Shown here one piece after another: positions 18,518 to 27,666 of a stretch of DNA of 64,000 nucleotides. The DNA comes from a virus. The notes under the pieces are model-generated. The model was not told where the DNA came from. It saw nothing but the letters and a program-made list of their open reading frames with translations, and did not search any database. Numbering within the stretch: position 1 is the first letter of the stretch; each line of letters opens with the position of its first letter. Location: IMG/VR virus record IMGVR_UViG_3300025789_001072, positions 32,001-96,000 of that record; one strand, written 5' to 3'. The position numbers were made by a program, and so were the translations under genes.

Positions 18518-18871
18518 ATGGAACAGAGTCTAGTACAAGCAATTAATCAATATGGGTTTCCAATTATAGCCGCAAGTGGAATTGGCTATATGATATATTT
18601 TGTTTGGAAATGGGCAACTGAAGAAGTTAAACCTGTGCTAAGCGAAGCCAATACAGTGCTGATTGGTCTTATAGATCGTATTCGTATGTTAGATAATGAT
18701 CTTATCCGTCTTAATCAAAAACTAAACATAGTGCTAATGTTGCGTGGTAAGGAGATTGAAAGCCAACGCCATCTTGATGATGCAGTTGCAGATGTTGCTG
18801 CAAAGGCAAAAGAAGAAGAAGTTCAACGCACTCTTAAAAGAGCAAGTAAGAAAATTCCAAGCGACGGTTAA
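18518..18871 (+). CDS. small membrane protein, paralogue of 17772-18050
   Basis: QYGFPIIAA TM segment; LIDRIRMLDNDLIRL. Confidence 0.7.
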   Translation: MEQSLVQAINQYGFPIIAASGIGYMIYFVWKWATEEVKPVLSEANTVLIGLIDRIRMLDNDLIRLNQKLNIVLMLRGKEIESQRHLDDAVADVAAKAKEEEVQRTLKRASKKIPSDG

Positions 18872-20923
18872 TTACTTTGAATTAGTGCGGAAAACACCAT
18901 CCCAATCTTTACCTGGCGGATTGGCAGCCATCTCGGTACAACGTTCAATCCACATATCATAATAGCCATCCATTTGACCATCAAACTCGCCTTTTAACTG
19001 CTTACATGCTTCAATAGCAGTTTTAAAGTGTTGTGAGTGATAATCATCCATCATACTAATATGCCCACTTTTTGCTGCTAGGTATTCTGCGGCTGAACCA
19101 GCATCGTATATCTGTAGCACAGTGTGAATATTAACACCTTCTTTCTTACCTTTAACTGCGATACAATCTAGTGGTAGCGTGAAGTAATCATTCTTTACAT
19201 ATTCATTGGTTTTATCGCCAATAACCATAGCAACATGATATGGTTTGCTTTGACCTTCTAGGCGTGAGGCAAGATTGACACCATCGCCAAGGCAAGTGTA
19301 ATCAAACCGCTGAGAACTCCCCATGTTACCAACAACGACAGTAGCAGTGTTGATGCCAAGTCCCATTCCAAAAGGTGGAACGCCTTCTGCGGCGACTTCT
19401 CTGTTAAACGCATCTAAACTTCCTAACATTTGTAGTGCTGTTTTTACAGCATTCTTTGCATGTTCTGCATCATCTAGTGGTGCGTTCCAAAATGCCATTT
19501 GAGCATCACCGATATACTTGTCAAGTGTTCCGCCATTATCTAAAATTTTAGCAGTCATCGCTGTCATATAGCGATTCATGATCTTGGTTAGCCCCTGAAC
19601 GTCGCTTCCATAATGCTCGCTAATAGAAGTAAAGCCCCTAACATCTGTAAATATGATAGACAATTCACGTGACTCTCCCCCAAGTGCCAATAATTCAGGA
19701 TTCTTTTGTAGTTTTTCAACCATTGCAGGTGAAAGATAAGTTCCAAATTGTTTCTTTATTTGTTGCTTTTGTAAGAACTCAGAGATAAATTTAACTCCGT
19801 AGGCATGCAAAGCAACCAAGATGATTGTAGCAACAGGAGCGGTTGCGTCCCATAACTGTAGAGTGTGACTAAACTGATACTGAGAAAAAGCAATACTGCC
19901 GATGCCCAATACAACAACCGTGCCAAGTCCAACATATACCCACCTTGTTAGGAATAGTAGTAGTAATCCACCAATGACAATGGCAGCAAGTTCTGTACCT
20001 TCTGCATAATCTGGTCTAGAAATATTTACCTTGTTTGCCAACGTAGCAATGATCTTGGCTTGAATATCTTGTGGATATACAGCACCGATAGCAGTAGGAA
20101 CGGGATTAGCAATGCCAGCAGCCGATGTACCAACAATTACAACAGCACCATCAAAGTTTTGTGGCATATTCATAAGACTTACTTGTTTATGTTGTTGACT
20201 TAAATCAATCCATACACGACCAAGTTGGTCAGTGGTGAATATAGATTTGCCCATACCCATCTTATCAATGCCAATTTCACTTAGCTTAACCTTAAAGTTT
20301 TTTTCATTTGTAAAAACACGTAGCGTTTCAATACCAATGGTTGGATAAAGTTTGCCACCACTGCCAATAAGTAGTGGAATACGACGATTCACACCATCTA
20401 TTTCAGGGTATACATTGGTAGTACCGACACCGATTGCGGCGTTTTCTAGTTCTGGAATGTTGGCGATTACTCCAGGATAATTGTAAATCCTATCTATAAA
20501 ATTGCTATTGACAATGGCGGCACCATTAGGACGAGGAGTATTTTTATTGACTGTACTTGGAATGTTTGAAAGAATGGTGGGGTGTTGTTTAAGAGTATCT
20601 GCTAGCACAGCATCACCGCCTTGACGGTCCGCCTCTGGCATCAACACTGTCCATACAACTAGACTTGCTCCACGAGCATAGATATCTTTAATAATATCCG
20701 CATATACAGTTCTGCTAAACGGCCACTGACCATACTTGTCAAGTGCTGCTTCATCAATATTAACTGTATAAATTGGGTTATCAGTAGGAGCCTTGTTGGT
20801 GATTAACGTGTCAAAGTATCGTAACTTTATACTTTCAACAAAGGTGGGTGATGAAATCTTAATGGCAACTAAAATTGCCAACGTGATGAGCGCAGTCCAT
20901 GGAGATAGCAGAATTTTTTTCAT
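18872..20923 (-). CDS. CHASE2-domain membrane class III adenylate cyclase
   Basis: IDE...GQWPFSR and DGVNR (CHASE2), three TMs, FTDVRGFT, DKYIGDA, DYTCLGDGVNLASRLEG, C-terminal WDGVF. Confidence 0.93.
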   Translation of the reverse strand: MKKILLSPWTALITLAILVAIKISSPTFVESIKLRYFDTLITNKAPTDNPIYTVNIDEAALDKYGQWPFSRTVYADIIKDIYARGASLVVWTVLMPEADRQGGDAVLADTLKQHPTILSNIPSTVNKNTPRPNGAAIVNSNFIDRIYNYPGVIANIPELENAAIGVGTTNVYPEIDGVNRRIPLLIGSGGKLYPTIGIETLRVFTNEKNFKVKLSEIGIDKMGMGKSIFTTDQLGRVWIDLSQQHKQVSLMNMPQNFDGAVVIVGTSAAGIANPVPTAIGAVYPQDIQAKIIATLANKVNISRPDYAEGTELAAIVIGGLLLLFLTRWVYVGLGTVVVLGIGSIAFSQYQFSHTLQLWDATAPVATIILVALHAYGVKFISEFLQKQQIKKQFGTYLSPAMVEKLQKNPELLALGGESRELSIIFTDVRGFTSISEHYGSDVQGLTKIMNRYMTAMTAKILDNGGTLDKYIGDAQMAFWNAPLDDAEHAKNAVKTALQMLGSLDAFNREVAAEGVPPFGMGLGINTATVVVGNMGSSQRFDYTCLGDGVNLASRLEGQSKPYHVAMVIGDKTNEYVKNDYFTLPLDCIAVKGKKEGVNIHTVLQIYDAGSAAEYLAAKSGHISMMDDYHSQHFKTAIEACKQLKGEFDGQMDGYYDMWIERCTEMAANPPGKDWDGVFRTNSK

Positions 20924-20937
20924 GATGATATTTAGAT

Positions 20938-21822
20938 TTAGGAAATCTTGAAGGAGATATATTCAACAATAGCGGTGGCAATATCTACGCCGCAATACTT
21001 CTCAAACCCTTCAAAACCAGGTGCGCTATTTGCTTCGCATACCTTGTAACCGTCATCGTCAAACAGCAAGTCAATACCAGCCACATCTAAACCAAGACAC
21101 TTAGCTGTTTCACGGCATAGCAAGTCCATCTCTGGTGTAACGGCAAATGGTTCGCCACTGCCGCCGCCTGTGATGTTGGCACGGAAATCACCTTCTGGAC
21201 CAATGCGTTTCATAGCACCAATGGTCTTGCCACCAATTACCCATACACGAAGGTCAGTGCCTGCTGCAGCATTAACGAACTCTTGCACAATCATTGTCTT
21301 CTTAACGCCAAGATTATCAACCAAGTCCATTAGATTTTCAAATAGTTCTTTGGTTTGGCAAAGATGAACGCCCTTGCCATGCGAACCTTGCAGCACCTTA
21401 ACAACACATGGAAATCCTATTTCTTGTTCAACCACTTTGCTCGAAACAGGAAACTTAACTAACATTGTCTTTGGTGTAGGGATATTGTTCTGTGCTAGGA
21501 TTTGATGTGCTAGAAGTTTATCTTTAACATTTGCAATAGCATCACTACTATTAATAGTAGGCACACTAAACTTTTCTAATTGACGCATAACAGCACTGCT
21601 AAAGTAATTTGTTCCACTTCCTGTGCGGGTTAGCACAATCTTAGGCATAGAGATGCTTGTGCCTTGATAGCGAATACTTTTTGAACGACTGCGATTAACA
21701 ATGATATCAAAGTCATCTGGATGCACAAGTTTGGTGTCAATGTTTTTAGCAGCAAATGCTGCTAGCAATCTGCCGTTCTCATAACTTTCACGATGCTGAC
21801 TTAGTATCCAAACTGTGCTCAT
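20938..21822 (-). CDS. RimK-family ATP-grasp alpha-L-glutamate ligase
   Basis: DKL, GSHGKGV, VQEFV, DLRV, FRANITGGG and CEANSAPG motifs. Confidence 0.9.
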   Translation of the reverse strand: MSTVWILSQHRESYENGRLLAAFAAKNIDTKLVHPDDFDIIVNRSRSKSIRYQGTSISMPKIVLTRTGSGTNYFSSAVMRQLEKFSVPTINSSDAIANVKDKLLAHQILAQNNIPTPKTMLVKFPVSSKVVEQEIGFPCVVKVLQGSHGKGVHLCQTKELFENLMDLVDNLGVKKTMIVQEFVNAAAGTDLRVWVIGGKTIGAMKRIGPEGDFRANITGGGSGEPFAVTPEMDLLCRETAKCLGLDVAGIDLLFDDDGYKVCEANSAPGFEGFEKYCGVDIATAIVEYISFKIS

Positions 21823-21826
21823 GCTA

Positions 21827-22840
21827 TTAGTTATCTATGGACTTAATAAGACTTAAATTTTCTACAAATGCAGCAGTGCAGCCGCTCCATGTATATTGCT
21901 TACTTGATTCATGCACAGTCTTACGATCACAGTTAAGTGCTTGTTCAACCGCCTTTTCTAAATCATCATCCATATAACCATTAACGCCATTAACAACTAC
22001 ATCGCTTGGTCCAGTAACAGGATAAGCAGCAATAGGAGTTCCACATGCCATTGCTTCTAACATTACAACACCAAATGTATCAGTCTTGCTTGGAAATACA
22101 AACACATCAGCACAAGCATAATATTCGGCTAGTTCCCTACCACTCTTATAACCAGCATAGTTGATATGTGGATATTTGCGTTTTAATTCTGGCAGATATG
22201 GACCGTCACCGACGAGTATCTTGGTGCCATCTATTTGTAGGGAACAGAAATCATCTAGCCCTTTTTCATAACTAGCACGACTAACACAAAGTATGATAGG
22301 TTTCTTGACACCAGTAGTTTCTCTGCGTTGTGGATTAAAAGTAACAGTATCAACACCACGGTTCCACACAGCAAGATGTTCAAATCCACGCTGTGTCAAT
22401 TCCCCCTTCATAGTTTCATTTGTAACTAGCACCTTAGTAGAGAACTTATGAAACATTTTTATAAACCAGTATCCCCAATCTACAGGAAATCCAAAGAACT
22501 TATTAAAATATTCTGGAAACTTTGTATGGTAGGATGTATTGTGTGGGATACTGCGCTTATCTACTTTACAATACCAACGAGCAGCAAACCCTAGCGGACC
22601 TTCTGTGGCAATGTGAATGGCATCGGGATTAAATGATTCAATCATTGGACCAACCTTCCAGATATTCCACGCTAGTCTAATTTCTTTATAGCCAGGTGCT
22701 GGCACGGTCTTAAACTGACTTGGTTCAATAACCTGAACCTCGTGTCCAAGTTTTCTTAGTTCTGCAACAGTATTGACAAGGGTAGTTACAACGCCATTTA
22801 CGCTTGGACTATATGTATCGGTGACTAGGGTGATCCGCAT
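21827..22840 (-). CDS. GT4 glycosyltransferase, Agt-like glycolipid synthase
   Basis: VTD...NGVV, IHIATEGPLG, YHTKFPEY and FPSKTDTFGVVMLEAMACG motifs; directly downstream of the PlcP-like gene. Confidence 0.88.
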   Translation of the reverse strand: MRITLVTDTYSPSVNGVVTTLVNTVAELRKLGHEVQVIEPSQFKTVPAPGYKEIRLAWNIWKVGPMIESFNPDAIHIATEGPLGFAARWYCKVDKRSIPHNTSYHTKFPEYFNKFFGFPVDWGYWFIKMFHKFSTKVLVTNETMKGELTQRGFEHLAVWNRGVDTVTFNPQRRETTGVKKPIILCVSRASYEKGLDDFCSLQIDGTKILVGDGPYLPELKRKYPHINYAGYKSGRELAEYYACADVFVFPSKTDTFGVVMLEAMACGTPIAAYPVTGPSDVVVNGVNGYMDDDLEKAVEQALNCDRKTVHESSKQYTWSGCTAAFVENLSLIKSIDN

Positions 22841-23567
22841 GAGAGTATTTAATTATAATCCACTTGCCTTCATAGGTTTCAACAAGTGCTGTGCAACTCT
22901 CTACCCAATCACCACAGTTCATATACTTTACATCACCTATATCACGAATGTTCGCATGATGAATATGTCCGCATATAATACCATCGGCACCTTTGACTCT
23001 AGCAAATTTGGCTAGGTTTTCTTCAAAGTCGCCAATAAAATTTACTGCTTGCTTAACTTTATACTTTGCCCATGCGCTTAGACTCCAGTGTGGGAGTCTG
23101 AACCAATTTTGTAATTTATTAACAACCACATTAATGTTAATGAGAATATCATATGCCCAACTTCCTATATGTGCCAACCACTTCATATTCTTCATGACCA
23201 CATCAAACTGATCGCCATGCATGACTAGATATTTCTTTCCATCTAATCCGCTATGTGTGATTGTATCAGTCAGAATAATATTACCAAAATGATGGTCGCC
23301 AAAACTGCGTAAAAACTCATCATGATTGCCTGGCAAATAGGTAACAGTTGTTCCCTTACGAGCCATACGCATAATCTTTTGTATAACATCGTTATGTTCT
23401 TGTGGCCAGTAAAATGATTTGCTCATTGCCCAACCATCAATAATATCGCCTACAAGATAAAGACGCTCACATTCAAATGTTTTAATAAATTCAAGCAGAG
23501 CCTGTGGCTGACTCATTTTTGTGCCTAGATGCACATCGCTTATGAATACACTTCGATAATAATTCAT
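22809..23567 (-). CDS. PlcP/LpxH-family metallophosphoesterase (phospholipase C-like)
   Basis: FISDVHLG, LVGDIIDGW, WPQEHNDV, GNHDE, HGDQFD, CGHIH and GDWVES motifs. Confidence 0.88.
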   Translation of the reverse strand: MNYYRSVFISDVHLGTKMSQPQALLEFIKTFECERLYLVGDIIDGWAMSKSFYWPQEHNDVIQKIMRMARKGTTVTYLPGNHDEFLRSFGDHHFGNIILTDTITHSGLDGKKYLVMHGDQFDVVMKNMKWLAHIGSWAYDILININVVVNKLQNWFRLPHWSLSAWAKYKVKQAVNFIGDFEENLAKFARVKGADGIICGHIHHANIRDIGDVKYMNCGDWVESCTALVETYEGKWIIIKYSHADHPSHRYI

Positions 23568-23592
23568 GCAGTAATATTTATGCTGCCATTTT

Positions 23593-24195
23593 TTAGTTAT
23601 TTGGGTAGTTTATTAATTCTTTGTATTCAATCCAATGATGTTTATCTAGATTAATATTTAATTTGTTAAGATTTTCATTCAGATAATTCCAATCAGACAA
23701 AGATTGCTCAACATCAATGTGAATGAAATAATCTTTATTCTTTAATTGTTCTTCAATACTTGATTTACAAATTTTCATAAATTGATCTAATTTATGTGTT
23801 TGTTCATTTTTAATGATGCAGTTTTCTGCAACTTGTTTATAATTTTTGCTATAAAGATGTATCTTGATTTGATCTTTTTCAACTAAATCTTTGTGCACGA
23901 AATTTTTAATATTCTTGAAATATTCATAATGAGTTGATATAACAGTATTCAAGTTATTATCTATAATATTTTTATAATTTTTGTTGATTAAGATATTATC
24001 ATTTTCAACACGAGTTCTAAAAGGCATCGGTTCATTGCACCACTGTGGTCCAATAAATTTTACTTTATTACCAAATTTTTTATGTATTTTCCATTCATTT
24101 ATGCCATCTGCGGAAAAAACGTTATTTGATTTTTCTAAAAGATTACAAAAACCATCTCCGCCAACACCTGCAAAGAAAAATATCCAATATTGCAT
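23593..24195 (-). CDS. hypothetical protein (AT-rich, possible P-loop/sulfotransferase-like)
   Basis: N-terminal FAGVGGDGF. Confidence 0.6.
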   Translation of the reverse strand: MQYWIFFFAGVGGDGFCNLLEKSNNVFSADGINEWKIHKKFGNKVKFIGPQWCNEPMPFRTRVENDNILINKNYKNIIDNNLNTVISTHYEYFKNIKNFVHKDLVEKDQIKIHLYSKNYKQVAENCIIKNEQTHKLDQFMKICKSSIEEQLKNKDYFIHIDVEQSLSDWNYLNENLNKLNINLDKHHWIEYKELINYPNN

Positions 24196-24216
24196 TTAAT
24201 TATTTAATTTAGAAAA

Positions 24217-24349
24217 GGTGCGGGTAGGATTTATACCTACAATTTGATGGTATTCACAGGCTACAGGTTTAACAGACCCTTGCTTTCTAGTTTTCAATAT
24301 TTCCATCATGCCGATACTCGATTACGTGTCCTGCCCACGCCGCCACACC
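24217..24349 (-). ncRNA. 133-nt tRNA-like structured RNA
   Basis: 7-bp terminal stem GGTGTGG/CCGCACC, D-like arm GCGTG/CACGT, T-like arm GTAGG-TATAAAT-CCTAC, central helix TGATGG/CCATCA; intergenic. Confidence 0.7.
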
Positions 24350-24359
24350 CGTATTCTAA

Positions 24360-24593
24360 TTAACCTTGACTAACAAAGTCATTTAGAATCTTAGCCTTTT
24401 CAACAATCTGTTCCATAGTATAGATTGGTGGAAGGTCTGGAGTAGTAGGAACAGGTTTATGTCCTTCATGTGCCAATGAAACTTGATTGCTCCAATCAGT
24501 GCGGATCATATCACATTTTGTATGGTATTCTGTATTAAGTGCGTCTTGTGCCATCTTTAACAATTCAAGACGAAGCATATATGGATTTGACAT
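24360..24593 (-). CDS. conserved phage hypothetical protein
   Basis: NPYxLRLELLKMA N-terminus; AGGAG RBS. Confidence 0.75.
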   Translation of the reverse strand: MSNPYMLRLELLKMAQDALNTEYHTKCDMIRTDWSNQVSLAHEGHKPVPTTPDLPPIYTMEQIVEKAKILNDFVSQG

Positions 24594-24680
24594 TATATTC
24601 TCCTTTGTGTGTTTGTGTGTAATGTCTGCCTACTGTTGTAAGCAAGAGTATTTAACCACACTTTACGTAGTAATGCAAAT

Positions 24681-25385
24681 TTAATTTAACGCTATTACTT
24701 CTTTACTGCCAAGAATCTGTGCAGTGTATTTGCAAGCACGTGGATTGATAATATTCACTTCTTTTTCTTCTGGATTACCACGAACATCTACGCTTAAATT
24801 ATCAATATTGTTTGGTGGTGTAGTAGCAGTAAGTAAAACATAAACTTCTTTACCTTCACTGTGTGTGCGACCTTCTACACCTTCAATATAATCATCTATA
24901 ACATCACGATCAACAGTCCAGTGTGAACCTAAATCTGTGCGATTCAAATCTTCAAACTTTTGCAAGAATACAATACGATATAGCACACCACCTTGTTGTA
25001 TTATAGCATCGACTTCATTGCTATAATCATAAATTTCAACTGCGCCACGACGACTATCGCCATAATAATCTGTCCAAAACTTTAATGCATCAGCAAAATA
25101 TTTTGGATCAATTAGCCTATTATTTTTTTCTTTTGCGGGCGATGGCAGCGTATTAAAATATTCCCATGTATTAGAATCACGCACAACGCTAAACTCTTCT
25201 GGTTTAGCACCACTATTTTTTATGGCATAATCAATGCGATATTTTTTATACCAATCCACTGCTTCATCATATGAATTAAAAAACTTTGCATTATCATGCA
25301 TATCGTTTGGCTTACCATTACGAAATAATTCATAATAGCCTGGTCCAGTTTTTTGTGGTTTGGTTTCTATTTCACTTATACGCAT
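24681..25385 (-). CDS. putative ADP-ribosyltransferase-fold protein
   Basis: LYR...GSHWT...EEKEV, an R-S-ExE-like arrangement; N-terminal MRISEIE. Confidence 0.5.
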   Translation of the reverse strand: MRISEIETKPQKTGPGYYELFRNGKPNDMHDNAKFFNSYDEAVDWYKKYRIDYAIKNSGAKPEEFSVVRDSNTWEYFNTLPSPAKEKNNRLIDPKYFADALKFWTDYYGDSRRGAVEIYDYSNEVDAIIQQGGVLYRIVFLQKFEDLNRTDLGSHWTVDRDVIDDYIEGVEGRTHSEGKEVYVLLTATTPPNNIDNLSVDVRGNPEEKEVNIINPRACKYTAQILGSKEVIALN

Positions 25386-25392
25386 ACTATAT

Positions 25393-25920
25393 TTAATGTT
25401 TTGTGTAACTGTATCCAGAACAAGGCGGCGTTAAACATTGGATACTCATGCTGCCGCTATCTGGCACCGTAGGGCTATCTTGTAACACTTTTGCTGTAAT
25501 ACCACTGCCACTCAAATTAAGAACAAAACTTTTATCAGCATCACCAGACTGATGAATAGCAGCGCCGTTATTGCTATTGGAAGTAGTGCCATCAAGATTA
25601 ATAGCAGCAGTATGATTTCCACTACCGCTTTGAACGATTGTGAGGGTGTTGTTGTTATTATTAGCAGCATTAGTATTAGTATTAATAGTTCCATCTTGGT
25701 TCATTCCTACGGGTGGCGTTCCAATGAATGCAGCGTGATTGCCACTGCCATTCTGTATTATAGTTAGGTTGTTGTCATCGCCTTGATTCAAAATAGTAGC
25801 CTGTGGCGCACCACTACTAACCTGTTCTACGAATATGTTATTGCTATCACCTACTTGGTCTATATAAACACTGCCAGCCGCAGCAGGCGTAATCCATAGT
25901 AAGAATAATAAACGCTTCAT
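25393..25920 (-). CDS. curlin-repeat protein (CsgB-like)
   Basis: signal peptide then repeated QxGxxN motifs (QVGDSN, QGDDN, QNGSGN, QSGSGN). Confidence 0.75.
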   Translation of the reverse strand: MKRLLFLLWITPAAAGSVYIDQVGDSNNIFVEQVSSGAPQATILNQGDDNNLTIIQNGSGNHAAFIGTPPVGMNQDGTINTNTNAANNNNNTLTIVQSGSGNHTAAINLDGTTSNSNNGAAIHQSGDADKSFVLNLSGSGITAKVLQDSPTVPDSGSMSIQCLTPPCSGYSYTKH

Positions 25921-25921
25921 A

Positions 25922-27034
25922 TTAGTTTCCCTGTGTTATTGTAATAACGCTACCGCCAGGATGTTGAACATTTTGTGTCATTGAAGTTCCTTCTTGATTT
26001 AAGATAAGTGTAGTTGGGCTATCCTTATCCACTGTCAATTGACTATAACTATTACCACCTTGACGATACAGTGTAAGGTTAGTATCTATCTTGACATACT
26101 TTAATCCTGCTTGTTTATTTGCGGCATATTGTGGCAGCATTTGATTTTCACCGCCTAACATACTTGCCAATAGTGAAGCATTAGCGAGGTCTAACATATT
26201 AGCCAAGAACTCTACATCAAGATTATTGATACTTAACTTGTTAAATGCTGTTAGATAATCCATGTTTAATTCATCAAACTTTAAGAAATCTTTATCAAGA
26301 AAATTAATATCAAGTGCTGTTTTCTGAACATGCTGTTCTTCTTCTACTTTCTTTGGTGGTTGAAGAATAAGCATATTGTTGATTTGTTCTGGACTTAGGG
26401 CAAGTATAACAGGTTTGGTTGGGTTTTGCTCTTTAGCACTTGTAGATGTTGCCTGAAACGGCTTGTCAAGATGTACAGTTCCCATATCAGTTGTTACATC
26501 AATCTTACCAGTGATACAATCTTTATCAATGTTCTTGTAACCTACTGGACAACTTGGCAGCAGTACAATAAGACTGCGACCTAACTCATCAACAGTCATA
26601 CTAAAATCAGTTCCACGCACACCGATTGTAGCAGTAGGAGTTTCAATCTTTACACTTTGTGGATTATCTTTGGCAATCTGACCACTGGCATAGCGAGCAG
26701 TGCCGATAGCAACTTTTAATCCTAACTTTCCAGCATCACCGTGAGCAGGATCATAAACAAAATCATCGATAACAAGTTTACTTTGCTCCGTTATTTCAAC
26801 TTTGGTATCATCTTCAAATGTAATACCAACTCGTGCTTTAGCAGTAACAACGGCATCGTTCATTTCGACGCCGCTGTTTACATTGCTCGGTATGCTCTGA
26901 CTTGACCGTTGTATTTCCGTCGGCCCTGTTTGTTCAGTCACAGTTCCGATTGCAGCATTAGTTACCGCTGGTAACAGAAATACTGTTATTAGAACCAGTA
27001 CTCTTAATATTGACTGTGCTATCAGTTGTGCCAC
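25922..27034 (-). CDS. FecR-domain periplasmic protein with C-terminal curlin-like strands
   Basis: signal-like N-terminus, ITFEDDT and ETPTATIGVRGTDF FecR motifs; start uncertain because it overlaps the upstream gene. Confidence 0.85.
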   Translation of the reverse strand: MAQLIAQSILRVLVLITVFLLPAVTNAAIGTVTEQTGPTEIQRSSQSIPSNVNSGVEMNDAVVTAKARVGITFEDDTKVEITEQSKLVIDDFVYDPAHGDAGKLGLKVAIGTARYASGQIAKDNPQSVKIETPTATIGVRGTDFSMTVDELGRSLIVLLPSCPVGYKNIDKDCITGKIDVTTDMGTVHLDKPFQATSTSAKEQNPTKPVILALSPEQINNMLILQPPKKVEEEQHVQKTALDINFLDKDFLKFDELNMDYLTAFNKLSINNLDVEFLANMLDLANASLLASMLGGENQMLPQYAANKQAGLKYVKIDTNLTLYRQGGNSYSQLTVDKDSPTTLILNQEGTSMTQNVQHPGGSVITITQGN

Positions 27035-27644
27035 TTTGAGTCACCGCCACGTTATTACTCGCACCAGTTACTTCAACCTTTGACACAAAGCCATTAGCAC
27101 CCGCTGGTCCGTTCTGACTTATATTTACCACGTTTGTATCGCCAGTTTCTTTGACATCAACGCCAGCACCCATTAGGTTTGTAGTGCTGCTGCTAATAGT
27201 AGTGTTGTTTGTGCTACCAGAAACTACTGCACTAACTGTGCTTTTAGAACCAGCGGTGATACTTGTGTTGTTTGTATTACCTGTAACATTGGCAGTAATA
27301 GCAGTATCATTACAACTGCTACTTGGTGCAGCACCACACGCAACCGTAGTATTATTGTTATCACCAGTTACAACGCTGTTAATAACGCTGTTAGCACCCT
27401 GTACATTTACTTTATTAGTATTGCCACTACCGACTTGTGAAATGCTTACGGTTTGTCCATTTCCATGAAGAGTAGTTGCGGTCGTGTCATTTCCAATCTC
27501 GTTGTTGGAACCTTGTTGATTGAGCGTGATCGTGCTTCCACTGCCCACTTGGTCGATATAAACGTTGTTTATCGTACCAGCAAAACTTTGACTCGCTAGC
27601 ATTATAACTGCAAATCCTATTGCAGATTTAATAATGTTTTTCAA
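26958..27644 (-). CDS. curlin-repeat protein (CsgA/B-like)
   Basis: TTG start with AGGAG RBS, signal peptide, about 9 (Q/T)xGxxN repeats. Confidence 0.8.
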   Translation of the reverse strand: MKNIIKSAIGFAVIMLASQSFAGTINNVYIDQVGSGSTITLNQQGSNNEIGNDTTATTLHGNGQTVSISQVGSGNTNKVNVQGANSVINSVVTGDNNNTTVACGAAPSSSCNDTAITANVTGNTNNTSITAGSKSTVSAVVSGSTNNTTISSSTTNLMGAGVDVKETGDTNVVNISQNGPAGANGFVSKVEVTGASNNVAVTQSGTTDSTVNIKSTGSNNSISVTSGN

Positions 27645-27666
27645 ATGCCTACTCCTTTAAGGAGTT

